From an uncultured Thermoanaerobaculia bacterium (GTDB taxonomy: Bacteria > Acidobacteriota > Thermoanaerobaculia > Thermoanaerobaculales > Sulfomarinibacteraceae), in assembly GCA_964440565.1 (NCBI GenBank), contig CAYTTB010000001.1:96627-160626 (forward strand): DNA of 64,000 nt, in the 5' to 3' direction. Positions within the stretch are counted from its first letter, which is position 1, and every line of letters begins with the position of its first letter. Both the position numbers and the translations under genes were made by a program. The notes under the pieces were generated by a model. It worked only from the letters and a program-made list of their open reading frames with translations, searched no databases and was not told the DNA's origin. Below, one piece after another: positions 54,290 through 64,000 of this stretch.

Positions 54290-55272
54290 ACCTCACGACC
54301 ACCTACCTGGGCATCGAGCTCGCACACCCCATCGTGCCCGGCGCGTCCCCGCTGGTCGGGAGCGCCGACGACGCCCGCCGCCTCGAGGACGCGGGTGCGG
54401 CGGCCCTCGTCCTCCATTCGCTCTTCGAGGAGGAGATCCTGCGCGACGTGGCGGCGTCCCTCGCGGCCGAGTCGCACGGCCACGCCTCGGCCGAGGCGAT
54501 GGCGTACTGGCCCGAGCTCGACCACCACCTCGGGCCGGAGGAGTACCTCGAGCTGGTCCGCTCGGTGAAGGAGGCGGTGGGGATCCCCGTGATCGCCTCC
54601 CTCAACGGCACCACGCCCGGAGGGTGGACCGGCTACGCCTCGCGGATCGAGGCGGCCGGGGCCGACGCGCTGGAGCTCAACCTGTACCTGCTGGCCACCG
54701 ATCCGTCGGTTCCGGGCGCGGAGATCGAGGACCGGATGGTGGAGATCGTGCGCTCGGTGGCGGACGCGGTGCGGATCCCGGTGGCGGTGAAGCTGTCCCC
54801 GTTCCTGAGCTCGCTGCCCCACCTCGCGACGCGGCTGGTGGCGGCCGGCGCACGCGGGCTGGTGCTGTTCAACCGCTTCTACCAGCCGGACATCGACGTG
54901 GAGGAGCTGGAGGTCGTCCCCAACCTCACGCTCTCCACCTCCGACGAGCTCCGGCTCAGGCTCCGGTGGCTCGCGGTGCTCTGCGGCCGCGTGGACGCCT
55001 CCCTCGCCGCGACCGGCGGCGTCCACACCGCGGTGGACGTGATCAAGGCGGTGATGGCGGGCGCCGACGTCACCCAGATGGTGTCGGCGCTGCTCCTCGG
55101 CGGGCCGGACGTGATCCGGACGACGCTCGCCGGTGTGCGCTCCTTCCTGGAGGAGCACGAGTACGAGTCGCTCGCCCAGATGAAGGGGTCCATGAGCCTG
55201 CGCACCGTGCCCGACCCGGCGGCCGTGGTACGGGCCAACTACACCCGGGTGCTGGAGAGCTGGCGCCCCTGA
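54286..55272 (+). CDS. Dihydroorotate dehydrogenase-like flavoprotein
   Basis: YLG..L..P, PVIASLNG, IPVAVKLSP, LFNRFYQPD, ATGGVH, AGADV.Q.VSALL. GTGA overlap with nifJ. Confidence 0.85.
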   Translation: MNLTTTYLGIELAHPIVPGASPLVGSADDARRLEDAGAAALVLHSLFEEEILRDVAASLAAESHGHASAEAMAYWPELDHHLGPEEYLELVRSVKEAVGIPVIASLNGTTPGGWTGYASRIEAAGADALELNLYLLATDPSVPGAEIEDRMVEIVRSVADAVRIPVAVKLSPFLSSLPHLATRLVAAGARGLVLFNRFYQPDIDVEELEVVPNLTLSTSDELRLRLRWLAVLCGRVDASLAATGGVHTAVDVIKAVMAGADVTQMVSALLLGGPDVIRTTLAGVRSFLEEHEYESLAQMKGSMSLRTVPDPAAVVRANYTRVLESWRP

Positions 55273-55408
55273 GCCACGCCGGCACACGTGCCGGAGGGGC
55301 GGCCTGCGGGCCGCCCTTCGCATCTCGAGTCCCGCTCCGGTATCATCGTCGCATCGGGAACTCCCGAAATTGCCCGCCTCGCGGCGGGCATCGCGACAGG
55401 GGGGATGG

Positions 55409-57106
55409 ATGGACGAGAGGCTCCGACGGCTCGAGGAGGCGGTGGAACGGCTCGCCGCCCGGGTGGAGCGGCTGGAGCGACGGCTGGAGGCCGGGGTCCC
55501 GGAGGAGGTGCCCCGTCCGGCGGCCACGGAGGCGCCGGCCCAGGTGCCCCGCCGCAGCGGTCCCACGGTCGGGGAGGTCTCCACCCTCCTGGGCCGGAGC
55601 TGCCTCATCCTCGGCGGTGCGTTCCTGCTGCGGGCGCTCACCGAGGCGGGGACGTTCGGCCCCTCGACGGGGATGGTCGTGGGGCTGGCCTACGGGTTCG
55701 TGTGGCTGGTGCTGGCCGCGCGGGCCGGCGCCACGGGCCGGAGGCTCTCCGCGGCGTTCCTCGGCGTGACCGCGGAGATCATCGCGTTCCCGCTCATCTG
55801 GGAGACCGCGGTGCGCTTCCACTCGCTGCCCCCGGGGGCGGCGGCGGTGGTCACGGCGGCGGTGGTGAGCGGCGCGCTCCTGGTCGGCGGACGGTTCGGC
55901 CTCCGGGTGACGGCGGCCGGAGCGACGCTGGGTGGTCTCGCCACCGCGTTCGGCCTGATGGTGCTCACCCACGCAGCGGCGGCGTTCACCGCGGTGCTGC
56001 TGCTCATCGGCCTCGAGACGTGCGTGCTCGCCTACGCCACCCGGTGGCACGTGCAGCGGTGGCCGGCGGCGCTGGTGGCGGACCTCGCGGTGTTCCAGCT
56101 CACGGTGCTGGCGGCGACGCCCGGCGGCCCCCCGGAGCCGTACGCGGACCTCAGGCCGGCGGTGGCGGTGGCACTCGCCCTGGCCCTGTTCATCGGCTAC
56201 GTCGCGCTCTCCGCCGGACGGGCCGCGTACCGCTCGCGGGATCTCTCCTGGTTCGAGACCGTGCAGTCGGCCCTCGCCTTCGCCATCGGGCTGTTCGGCG
56301 CGGTCCGGGTGTGCCGGGCGGTGGGGGGAAGCTGTTCCTGGCTCGCCTGGCTCGCGCTGTGCCTGGCCATGGCGGCCTACCTGGTGGCGTTCGCTCACGT
56401 GGACCGGCGGGAGGGGCGGTCGCGGGCGTTCTACTTCTTCCTGGTGGAGGGGCTGGTGCTGTTCGTCACCGCCACCTGGCTGCTCGCCCCGATCCACCTC
56501 CGGCTCCTGCTGTGGACCGCGGCCGCGGTGGTGGCGGCCATGGCCGCGGCGCGCTGGGGACGGGTGGCGCTCGCGGGGGAGTCGGCGGTGCTGGTCGTCC
56601 TGGTCGCGGGGCACGGCGGCGGCCTCGCCTTCGCGTGGGCGGCGGTCGTCGGCACCGTGACCTCCCCGCCGTGGACCGCCACCTTCTCCGCCCTCGCCCC
56701 GGCGGTGTTCTACCTCCTCCTCGACCGGTTCCGGCCCGATCGGCCGGGTGCGCTCGCGCGATGGCCGCACGCGCTCGCCGCGTCGCTCGGCGCGCTCGGT
56801 CTGCTGGCCGCTGTCGTCGCCGGAGTGGCCGCGGTGACGGGGCTACGGTCGCCGGGGGCGGTGGCGGCGCTGGCCACGACGGCGGCGAGCGCAGCGGCGG
56901 TGGGTCTCACCCTGGCCGGCGCCAGTGGCCGTCGCCCGGAGCTCGGCCTGCTCGGCAGCGTGGCCCTGGTGGGCGCGGGCGCCAAGCTCCTGCTGGTGGA
57001 CCTGCGGGTGGGAACCCCCGCGACGCTGGTGGTGTCGCTGCTGGCGTTCGGGTTCGCCCTGCTGGCGACGGCGCGCGTCCGTCACCGTCCGCAGCGGGAG
57101 GGATGA
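55409..57106 (+). CDS. Polytopic membrane protein with N-terminal coiled coil (DUF2339-like)
   Basis: MDERLRRLEEAVERLAARVERLE, then many TM helices, ending KLLLVDL..LVVSLLAFG. Confidence 0.75.
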   Translation: MDERLRRLEEAVERLAARVERLERRLEAGVPEEVPRPAATEAPAQVPRRSGPTVGEVSTLLGRSCLILGGAFLLRALTEAGTFGPSTGMVVGLAYGFVWLVLAARAGATGRRLSAAFLGVTAEIIAFPLIWETAVRFHSLPPGAAAVVTAAVVSGALLVGGRFGLRVTAAGATLGGLATAFGLMVLTHAAAAFTAVLLLIGLETCVLAYATRWHVQRWPAALVADLAVFQLTVLAATPGGPPEPYADLRPAVAVALALALFIGYVALSAGRAAYRSRDLSWFETVQSALAFAIGLFGAVRVCRAVGGSCSWLAWLALCLAMAAYLVAFAHVDRREGRSRAFYFFLVEGLVLFVTATWLLAPIHLRLLLWTAAAVVAAMAAARWGRVALAGESAVLVVLVAGHGGGLAFAWAAVVGTVTSPPWTATFSALAPAVFYLLLDRFRPDRPGALARWPHALAASLGALGLLAAVVAGVAAVTGLRSPGAVAALATTAASAAAVGLTLAGASGRRPELGLLGSVALVGAGAKLLLVDLRVGTPATLVVSLLAFGFALLATARVRHRPQREG

Positions 57107-57116
57107 GGCAAGGGTA

Positions 57117-57149
57117 CGCGGCGGGCGGCGGGGGACGCCGCCCGCCGCG
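57117..57149. terminator. GC-rich hairpin between convergent genes
   Basis: CGCGGCGGGCGGCG-GGGGA-CGCCGCCCGCCGCG, a 14-bp stem with no clear U-tract. Confidence 0.55.
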
Positions 57150-57154
57150 CCGGC

Positions 57155-58402
57155 TCAGCTCTCGAGCGAGCGGATCTTGAGGATCAGCGCGACGGTGGCG
57201 AGCAGGATCAGCCCCAGCGCCACGAGCAGCCCGCGCCGGCGGTAGCGGATCTCCCGGAACGCGTCCTTCGCCGCCTCGAGGGCGGTCGCCGCCTTCTCGC
57301 TGGCGGCGCCCGCGAGCTCGGCCACCGCCGACACCGAGGCGAGGTGGACCTTCGCCCGGGCCTGGACCAGGCTCTGGTGCGCCTCCTCGAGCGCGACCTC
57401 CGCCGGCTCCATCAGCATGCCCGCGGCGGCCGCCCGCGCCACCGCCTCCTTGGCGCTCTCGATCTGGAGCGTCGCCTTGTCCAGCACCGCACGGATCCCC
57501 ACCGCGGCCTCGCCACCCGGGTCGTCCGGCTCGTGGCAGCGGCCGCACACCGTGCCCTCTTCCACGCCGAGCAGCGCGTCGGAGGGCCGGACGATCTCGT
57601 GGTTGCCGTGGCACGCCTCGCAGGCGGCCAGGTCCATGGCGGGGAACGCCTCGCCGTGCGGCGACTTCTGGAACATCTCCATGTTCTGGAGATGGCAGGT
57701 GCCGCAGACGTTGGAGACGGAGTCCACGCCCGGTGGCGTGGCCCCGTGGGAGCCGTGGCAGTCGTTGCAGGTGGGGGCCGAGAGGTCGCTCTTCTCGGTG
57801 AGCGCCGCGTAGTGGACCGACCGCCGGTACTTGGCCGGCTGGTCGGCGGGGATCCCGTACTTCGCCATGAGCTCGGCGTCGCCGTGGCAGGAGGCGCAGG
57901 TGTCGACGACGTGGGTCGGGTAGACCGGCGAACGAGGGTCGTCCGCCGGCAGGATCCCGTGGACCCCGTGGCAGCTGGTGCACACCGCGGCGTTCGTGTC
58001 GCCCGACGCGACCCGGCGGCCGTGGACGGACGTCCGGTACTGCGGCCACTGGTCGGTGGGGAGGTTGGGGTCGAACCGCTTGATGAACGACGCGTCGGCG
58101 TGGCAGGAACCGCAGAAGCGCGGGATCTCGCGCCGCGTGGGCGCGCCCCGGAACCCCCTCGCGGGATCCATCGCCACCTCCGGATCCTCGGCGGTGGGGT
58201 CGCCGCCGTGGCAGGCGGCGCAACCCAGACCCTCGCGGTTGTGGACGTCGGCGGCGAAACCCCTCGCCGGTGCCGCGAGCCGCTCGTCATCCAGCGCCTT
58301 GTGACACTCGATGCACTGGTCCGCGGCGTCCGCGGCCACGGGGACCAGGCCCAGCAGCGGGATCAGCGTGAGCGCGATGCGAACGGTCGTGCGTCCCCTC
58401 AT
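57155..58402 (-). CDS. Periplasmic nine-heme cytochrome c with C-terminal membrane anchor
   Basis: Signal peptide; CxxCH counted nine times (CIECH, CAACH, CGSCH, CTSCH, CASCH, CNDCH, CGTCH, CEACH, CGRCH); helical stalk and TM helix. Confidence 0.92.
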   Translation of the reverse strand: MRGRTTVRIALTLIPLLGLVPVAADAADQCIECHKALDDERLAAPARGFAADVHNREGLGCAACHGGDPTAEDPEVAMDPARGFRGAPTRREIPRFCGSCHADASFIKRFDPNLPTDQWPQYRTSVHGRRVASGDTNAAVCTSCHGVHGILPADDPRSPVYPTHVVDTCASCHGDAELMAKYGIPADQPAKYRRSVHYAALTEKSDLSAPTCNDCHGSHGATPPGVDSVSNVCGTCHLQNMEMFQKSPHGEAFPAMDLAACEACHGNHEIVRPSDALLGVEEGTVCGRCHEPDDPGGEAAVGIRAVLDKATLQIESAKEAVARAAAAGMLMEPAEVALEEAHQSLVQARAKVHLASVSAVAELAGAASEKAATALEAAKDAFREIRYRRRGLLVALGLILLATVALILKIRSLES

Positions 58403-59481
58403 GAGAACACCCCCAGGATCGACAGCACGGTCATGCCGGCGATGTAGGCGAGCACCGCCCACACGATGGCGGTGAAGGCCGGGCTGCGCTCCCCCCGCTG
58501 GCTCCGCCGGTCCAGTACCGGCAGGAGGAACCAGAGGATACCGGCGAGGGTGAACCCGGCGAGCCCCACCAGCTCCCCCTCCATCCCCAGCACCTCGCCG
58601 GGGATCATCTTGAGGGTCTCGAACATGAACAGGAAGTACCACTCGGGCTTGATCCCGGCCGGCGCCGAGCCGAACGGGTCGGCCTTGGTGCCGAGCTCCC
58701 ACGGGTAGAGCGCCGCGAGCAGGATCAGGACCGCGAGCCCGAGGAGCCACACCACCAGGTCGCGGAGCATGAAGTTGGGGAAGAACTTCATGGCACCGCG
58801 GCGTCGGGCCTCCTCCTCCTGGCTGGGCGGGACGTGCATCCCCTGCTTCTGGATGAGCATCAGGTGGACCACGAGGAGCGCGGAGAGGAGCATGGGCAGC
58901 ACCGCCACGTGGAAGCCGAAGAACCGGGTCAGGGTCGCACCGGTCACGTCGGGGCCGCCGCGCAGGAAGGTGAGCAGCCACTCGCCGACCAGGGGGACCT
59001 TGCTCACCATGTCGGTGCCGATCCGGGTGGCGAAGAAGCTGAGCGTGTTCCACGGCAGGAGGTAGCCGGAGAACCCGAACCCCAGCGCGAGGCCGAGCAA
59101 CGCGCACCCCGTCCACCAGGTGAGCTCCCGCGGCTTGGTGTACGACTTCATCAACGCCACCGAGAACATGTGCAGGAAGGCGGCCAGGATCATCAGGTTG
59201 GCCGACCACGAGTGGATCGAGCGCACGAGCCACCCGAACGGCACGCGGGTCATGATGAACTGGACGCTCTCGAAGGCGGCCTCGGCGGTGGGCCGGTAGT
59301 AGAGCAGGAGCAGGATGCCCGAGCACACCTGGACCACCAGGAAGAACAGCGTGAGCCCCCCGAAGTAGTACGCCCAGCTGTACCGGTGCCGCGGCACCTC
59401 CTTGTGGCGGAGGAACTCCACCACCGCGGAGATGTCGAGGCGCTCGTCGAGCCAGCGGTATGCGGTATCCAGCCAGCGCAT
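58399..59481 (-). CDS. Cytochrome b of a Rieske/cytochrome b complex (unsplit)
   Basis: YYFGG, SIHSWSANLMI..FLHM, SGYLLPW, RFFGFHV..LVVHL, IKPEWY. Confidence 0.93.
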   Translation of the reverse strand: MRWLDTAYRWLDERLDISAVVEFLRHKEVPRHRYSWAYYFGGLTLFFLVVQVCSGILLLLYYRPTAEAAFESVQFIMTRVPFGWLVRSIHSWSANLMILAAFLHMFSVALMKSYTKPRELTWWTGCALLGLALGFGFSGYLLPWNTLSFFATRIGTDMVSKVPLVGEWLLTFLRGGPDVTGATLTRFFGFHVAVLPMLLSALLVVHLMLIQKQGMHVPPSQEEEARRRGAMKFFPNFMLRDLVVWLLGLAVLILLAALYPWELGTKADPFGSAPAGIKPEWYFLFMFETLKMIPGEVLGMEGELVGLAGFTLAGILWFLLPVLDRRSQRGERSPAFTAIVWAVLAYIAGMTVLSILGVFS

Positions 59482-59484
59482 CGC

Positions 59485-59931
59485 TCAGGCCTCCCGGGAC
59501 ACCCAGATCTCGTCGCCCTGGATGTCCACCCTGTACGGCGTCAGCGGCCGGGGCGGCGGCCCCGAGATGTTGACGCCGTTGAGATCGTAGTGGCCGTTGT
59601 GGCAGGCGCACCAGATGTGCTGGAAATCCTTGCGGTACTGCACCGTGCATCCCAGGTGGGTGCAGATCGCGGTGAACGCCCGCACCTCCCCGGTGGGCGT
59701 CCGGATCACGATCCCGGGCTTGGATCCGAACCGGAAGATCTTCCCGGAGTTGGGCGGCAGCTCGCTGACCTTCGCCGCCAGCACCCGGTTGGTGGGCGCC
59801 TCCGGGACCTCCGGCGGGATCACGAAGCGGAACACCGGGTAGAGCGCCGAGGCCAGCACCCCCCCCAGCGACGTGCCGAGGAACCAGTTGACCAGGCGCC
59901 TCCGCGTCGTCCGTACTCGATCCCCCTCCAT
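59485..59931 (-). CDS. Rieske iron-sulfur protein
   Basis: Tat-like TRRRLVNW plus TM helix, CTHLGC, CACHNGHYD, GPPPRPL. Confidence 0.95.
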   Translation of the reverse strand: MEGDRVRTTRRRLVNWFLGTSLGGVLASALYPVFRFVIPPEVPEAPTNRVLAAKVSELPPNSGKIFRFGSKPGIVIRTPTGEVRAFTAICTHLGCTVQYRKDFQHIWCACHNGHYDLNGVNISGPPPRPLTPYRVDIQGDEIWVSREA

Positions 59932-60017
59932 GGGTCCCCTCCCTTCAGTGACGTCGCGTCATCCTACCATTCGCGAGACCGCAAAATGACAGCGGGTCTC
60001 GAGACGGCGCGCGCCCG

Positions 60018-60041
60018 GCCCCCGGCGGCGCCGCCGGGGGC
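60018..60041. terminator. Perfect 24-bp GC palindrome downstream of fbaB
   Basis: GCCCCCGGCGGC/GCCGCCGGGGGC immediately after the stop. No U-tract. Confidence 0.45.
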
Positions 60042-60048
60042 GGGGCCC

Positions 60049-61104
60049 CTACGCCACCGTCACCTCGTCGCAGAGGTAGACGTCCTGGATCGCGTGGAGG
60101 AGCGCGACGCCCTCCTCCATCGGCTTCTGGAACGCCTTGCGGCCCGAGATCAGCCCCATTCCGCCCGCGCGCTTGTTGATCACCGCGGTGGTGACCGCCT
60201 GCGCGAGGTCGTTCGTGCCGGAGGGGCCGCCCGAGTTGATCAGGCCCGCCCGCCCCATGTAGCAGTTGGCCACCTGCCACCGGGTCCACTCGATGGGGTG
60301 GTCGGGCGCCAGCTTCCCGTACACCAGCTTGTGCGTGCGTCCGAACTCCAGCGCGGTGTAGCCGCCGTTGCACTCCGGCTGCTTCTGCTTGACGATGTCG
60401 GCCTCGATGGTCACCCCGAGATGGTTGGCCTGGCCGGTGAGGTCGGCGGCGACGTGGTAGTCGGTGCCGTCCTTCTTGAACGCCGGGTTGCGCAGGTAGC
60501 ACCAGAGGACGGTGAACATCCCCAGCTCGTGCGCCCGCTGGAACGCCTCCGAGACCTCCTGGATCTGGCGGCGCGACTCCGGCGCGCCGAAGTAGATGGT
60601 GGCGCCCACGCCCACCGCCCCCAGCTCGAACGCCTGCTCCACCGAGGCGAACATGGTCTGGTCGTACATCGAGGGGTAGGTCAGCAGCTCGTTGTGGTTC
60701 AGCTTGACGATGAACGGGATCCGGTGGGCGTACCGCCGCGACACCGCGCCGAGGACGCCGAGCGTCGAGGCCACCGCGTTGCACCCGCCCTCGATCGCCA
60801 GACGGACGATGTTCTCGGGGTCGAAGTAGATCGGGTTGGGCGCGAACGACGCCGCCCCCGAGTGCTCGATCCCCTGGTCCACGGGGAGGATCGAGAGGTA
60901 CCCCGTCCCCCCCAGCCTCCCGGTGGAGAACATCCACTGCAGGTTGCGGAGCACGGCGGGCGGCCGGTCGGACCCGGCCACCACCCGGTCCACGAAGTCC
61001 GGCCCCGGCAGGTGCAGCATCTCCTTCGGGATCCCCCGGCAGGTGTACTCCAGCAGGGAGACCCTCTCTCCCAGCAGCTCGCGAATCCTCTCGATGGTGC
61101 TCAT
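60049..61104 (-). CDS. fbaB: Class I fructose-bisphosphate aldolase (DhnA/FbaB)
   Basis: [44 protein letters not shown]-like [21 protein letters not shown]. Confidence 0.95.
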   Translation of the reverse strand: MSTIERIRELLGERVSLLEYTCRGIPKEMLHLPGPDFVDRVVAGSDRPPAVLRNLQWMFSTGRLGGTGYLSILPVDQGIEHSGAASFAPNPIYFDPENIVRLAIEGGCNAVASTLGVLGAVSRRYAHRIPFIVKLNHNELLTYPSMYDQTMFASVEQAFELGAVGVGATIYFGAPESRRQIQEVSEAFQRAHELGMFTVLWCYLRNPAFKKDGTDYHVAADLTGQANHLGVTIEADIVKQKQPECNGGYTALEFGRTHKLVYGKLAPDHPIEWTRWQVANCYMGRAGLINSGGPSGTNDLAQAVTTAVINKRAGGMGLISGRKAFQKPMEEGVALLHAIQDVYLCDEVTVA

Positions 61105-62468
61105 CGCTCCTCCTCCTGGGTGCGATTGTACCGCCCGGGGCCGAGGATCGGCCACAGGCCCGCGAGCGCCACGCCCTTCGCCACCGTGGTGACGGCGATG
61201 GCGGCCCACACCCCCTCGACCCCCCAGCCCGCCGCCACCAGCGCCGCCGCCAGCGGCACCCGGGCCGCGGTCAGCGCCACCACCAGCGTCGCGGGGATCG
61301 CGGTGCGGTGGGCGCCGGCGAACGCGCCCACGAGCACCACCTCCGCCGCCATGAACGGCTGCGAGAGGCCCACGACAAGGACGTAGGTGACGCCCGCGGC
61401 GACCACCCCGGGGGCCGCCGAGAACACGGCCACCGCGGCGCCGGGCACCGCCACCAGGAGGGCGGTGACCGCCCCCACCGGCAGGATCGTGAGGAACAGG
61501 GTGCGCCACGCGGCCCGCCGTGCCCGCCCGGGAAGGCCCGCTCCCAGCGCCTGGCCCACCACGGTGGTGGCGGCGGTGCCCATCCCGGCGCAGACGAAGT
61601 AGTTCAGCACCTCGAGCTTGTGCCCGATCCCGAGCGCCGCCACCGCCGCCGTGCCGAACCCCGTGGTGACCCGGGTGAGGAGGATGTACACCAGCGAGAA
61701 CAGCGCTCCCTGGGCCGCGAGCGGCGCGCCCACCGCCACCGCCCGCGCCGCCTCCGGCGCCCATCGCACGTCCGCCACCCGCGGGCGCAACCCCGGCCGC
61801 TCGAGCCGCCACCACCCCGCCGCGGCTCCGGCCGTCCACGCCGCCACCGTCGCCGCCGCCGCCCCGGCCACCCCGAGCTCCGGCGCGGGACCGAGCCCGA
61901 AGATCAGCACCGGATCGAGCGCCAGGTTCACCGCCCCCGCCACGCCGAGCAGGGCGAGGGGGGTGCGGGCGTCGCCCGCGCCGCGCAACGCCGCCGTCAC
62001 CCAGGCGAAGGCGAAGTACGCGGGCGTGCCCCACAGGATGATCCGCAGGTACGCCTCGCCGGCGGCGGTGACGGCGGGCGCGGTCCCCATGAAGGCGAAC
62101 ACCGGCCCCACCAGTGGCAGGCCTCCGGCCACGACGGCGCCGGCCCCGGCGAGGGCGAGGGCCAGCCCGGTCCCGGCGGCGCGGCGCGCTCCGGTCCGGT
62201 CCGCGGCTCCCACCGCCCGGGCCACCACCGCGCCGGAGCCCATGGCGAGGCCGTCGCCCAGCGTCTGCATCAGCCACATCGCGAAGCCGGCGGTGGAGGC
62301 GGCGGCGATGGCCGCCGGCCCCACCCGGCCGAGCCAGAACGTGTCCACCACCAGGAACGCCGAGGCGAGCAGCGCCGCGCCCCCCGCCGGCAGCCCGAGG
62401 TGGACGATGGCCCGGTCCAGGGGGGCCTCCACGATCACCGCCCGGTGCTCGAGTGTGGCCCCGCTCAC
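61101..62468 (-). CDS. MATE-family efflux transporter
   Basis: [52 protein letters not shown]. Confidence 0.9.
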   Translation of the reverse strand: MSGATLEHRAVIVEAPLDRAIVHLGLPAGGAALLASAFLVVDTFWLGRVGPAAIAAASTAGFAMWLMQTLGDGLAMGSGAVVARAVGAADRTGARRAAGTGLALALAGAGAVVAGGLPLVGPVFAFMGTAPAVTAAGEAYLRIILWGTPAYFAFAWVTAALRGAGDARTPLALLGVAGAVNLALDPVLIFGLGPAPELGVAGAAAATVAAWTAGAAAGWWRLERPGLRPRVADVRWAPEAARAVAVGAPLAAQGALFSLVYILLTRVTTGFGTAAVAALGIGHKLEVLNYFVCAGMGTAATTVVGQALGAGLPGRARRAAWRTLFLTILPVGAVTALLVAVPGAAVAVFSAAPGVVAAGVTYVLVVGLSQPFMAAEVVLVGAFAGAHRTAIPATLVVALTAARVPLAAALVAAGWGVEGVWAAIAVTTVAKGVALAGLWPILGPGRYNRTQEEER

Positions 62469-64000
62469 CGCAGGGTCCTGAGCTCCACCGGCCCGGCGGA
62501 GGCCAGGTGGACGGTGTGCTCGAGGAGCAGCTCCCGGTACCGCCGCCGGGCCGCCTCCGTCCGGAACCCGAGGAGCCGGTACGGCGGACCACCGAGGCGC
62601 TCCAGCTCCCCCCAGTTGATGGCGAGGTGGGAGAACCCCAGAGCCCGCAGCCGCGCCGCGGCCTCGTCGGCGTCGCGCGCGGCACTCACCACGGCCTCGA
62701 TCAGCTGGCGGTCGTAGGCGGAGCTCGCGTGGTGCGGGCGCGCCAGCCCCCACGGCCGGGCGTCGCCCACCACCAGCACCCGCGCCCCGGCCGGCAGCAG
62801 CCGCCCCGCCAGCCGGTACGCGGGGAGCGGATCGTTCACGGTGAGCCGGTGCCGCCACGCCTCCGCCGCCTCCGGGCCGCGCCACCAGCGCCACCATCCG
62901 AGGCCGCCGAGGGCGAAGGCGGCGTACTGGACGGCCCCGACCCCGACGGCGAGGGCGAGGCCGGCGGCCGCGATCCGCCGCGCGGGCGGTCCGAGCCCGG
63001 CGAGCCCCAGCGCCGCCAGCGCCCCCACGAGCGGGGCCAGGACCAGCGCGTAGCGGGTGGTGTGCGAGGTGGCGAGCCACCCCGCGACCGTGAGCACCGT
63101 GGCCAGCGCCAGGAAGCGCACGCCCCGGTCGTGGCGCACGCCCGCCACCGCCCCGGTGGCCAGGACCGCGGCCACCGCGAGCCACCACCCCAGCCCCCTC
63201 GCGGGATCGAGGAGCTGCACGATCCCCGCCGGGACCGACCGCCATCCGCCGACGCCCTCGCGCACTATGGCGAGATACCGCGCGTCCTGGACGGGGTCCC
63301 AGCCCCGCCCGCCCAGCGCCGACCACGCCAGCGGGAAGAACGGGTTGCCGGTGGTGACGAGGTTGCGGGCGTACCAGAACGAGGCCGCCGCCCCGGCGGT
63401 GGTCCCGGCGAGCGCGGCGGCTCGCCACGCCCGCGGACGCGCCACCAGGAGCGCGAGCAGCAGCGCCGCCACCGGCACCGCCGCGGTGTACTTCACCGCC
63501 AGGCCGAGCCCCAGCGCCGCCCCGGCCAGCCAGGGCGGCCGCGCCCCGCCCCGCGCGAGCGGCAGGAGCTCCGCCGCGGCCACCGCCACCGCCAGGACCA
63601 CGAACTGGTCCGCCGCCGCCACCCCGGCGATCCACAGCGCGTGCCAGCTTCCCGCGGTGCACGCCGCCGCCGCCCAGGCCGTGCGTTCCGCGCCGAGCCG
63701 CCGCGCCAGGCCGTGGGCGGCGGCGGCCGCGAGCCCGAGGACGGCCCAGTGCAGCCCCGCCGCGGCCTCCGGCAGCCCGAGGCGCACCGGCCCCAGGAAC
63801 ACCACCGAGGCAGCGAGCGGGAAGTGCGTGAACAGGTGGTGGGGGACCGGGGCCATGGAGCCGTTGACCAGCCAGCTCCAGGGCGCCCCGAGGTGGTAGG
63901 CGAGGGCGTCGTAGAACACCGGCGGCGCCGCCCAGATGGGCGTGCCGGCGAGCACGAGGCCGCCGAGCGCCGCCGCCGCCCGCCACGCCCGCGGGCGCGG
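62465..64000 (-). CDS. GT-C-like polytopic membrane protein (5' end beyond window)
   Basis: [38 protein letters not shown]; multiple TM helices. Confidence 0.7.
   Translation of the reverse strand, partial: PRPRAWRAAAALGGLVLAGTPIWAAPPVFYDALAYHLGAPWSWLVNGSMAPVPHHLFTHFPLAASVVFLGPVRLGLPEAAAGLHWAVLGLAAAAAHGLARRLGAERTAWAAAACTAGSWHALWIAGVAAADQFVVLAVAVAAAELLPLARGGARPPWLAGAALGLGLAVKYTAAVPVAALLLALLVARPRAWRAAALAGTTAGAAASFWYARNLVTTGNPFFPLAWSALGGRGWDPVQDARYLAIVREGVGGWRSVPAGIVQLLDPARGLGWWLAVAAVLATGAVAGVRHDRGVRFLALATVLTVAGWLATSHTTRYALVLAPLVGALAALGLAGLGPPARRIAAAGLALAVGVGAVQYAAFALGGLGWWRWWRGPEAAEAWRHRLTVNDPLPAYRLAGRLLPAGARVLVVGDARPWGLARPHHASSAYDRQLIEAVVSAARDADEAAARLRALGFSHLAINWGELERLGGPPYRLLGFRTEAARRRYRELLLEHTVHLASAGPVELRTLR

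Noticed and set aside
59949-60001. Short palindromes upstream of the Rieske gene (TGACG-N3-CGTCA; GAGACC..GGTCTC)
   Set aside because: Short or imperfect and single-copy in this window, so indistinguishable from chance without a genome-wide scan.
1-64000. Many long overlapping or antisense ORFs (e.g. 9382-13563 minus, 49823-54220 minus, 30003-32525 plus, 39845-42436 plus)
   Set aside because: They are Arg/Gly/Pro/Ala-rich shadows of real genes, expected at very high GC where stops are rare, and carry no recognisable motifs.

Overview
A very GC-rich, gene-dense bacterial chromosomal segment with about 58 CDS, mostly housekeeping. Gene content and one recurrent secreted domain suggest an Acidobacteriota/Thermoanaerobaculia-like anaerobe (inference only). 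Recognisable loci: dnaX-recR-mglB-mglA-glmU(short); an EfpL-type EF-P paralog; ZIP-xdhC-mocA; tmk-holB-btpA; nfeD-stomatin-SPOR-lipA; a degenerate pilT leading a moxR-DUF58-transglutaminase operon; a DHH/CBS tRNA nucleotidyltransferase; an M4 protease with PPC repeats; gcvT-H-PA-PB; an M23 peptidase with a bactofilin-like gene; fadL-GDSL; xerD; PFOR with a DHODH-like gene; a Rieske/cytochrome b/nine-heme cytochrome c operon; and class I fructose-bisphosphate aldolase. I saw no rRNA, tRNA, CRISPR array, transposase or prophage. Best candidates for undescribed biology: (1) an unannotated ~230-aa secreted two-repeat module, N-terminal in three tandem paralogs with diverged two-Cys C-terminal domains and C-terminal on a beta-propeller protein heading the xerD operon; (2) a PilT with broken catalytic motifs coupled to MoxR/DUF58/transglutaminase; (3) a divergent bactofilin with an LmdC-like M23 peptidase; (4) eight genes with an exact -10/N6/start arrangement, seven of them GTG, implying widespread leaderless translation. 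All family assignments come from motif recognition by eye; no database search was run.
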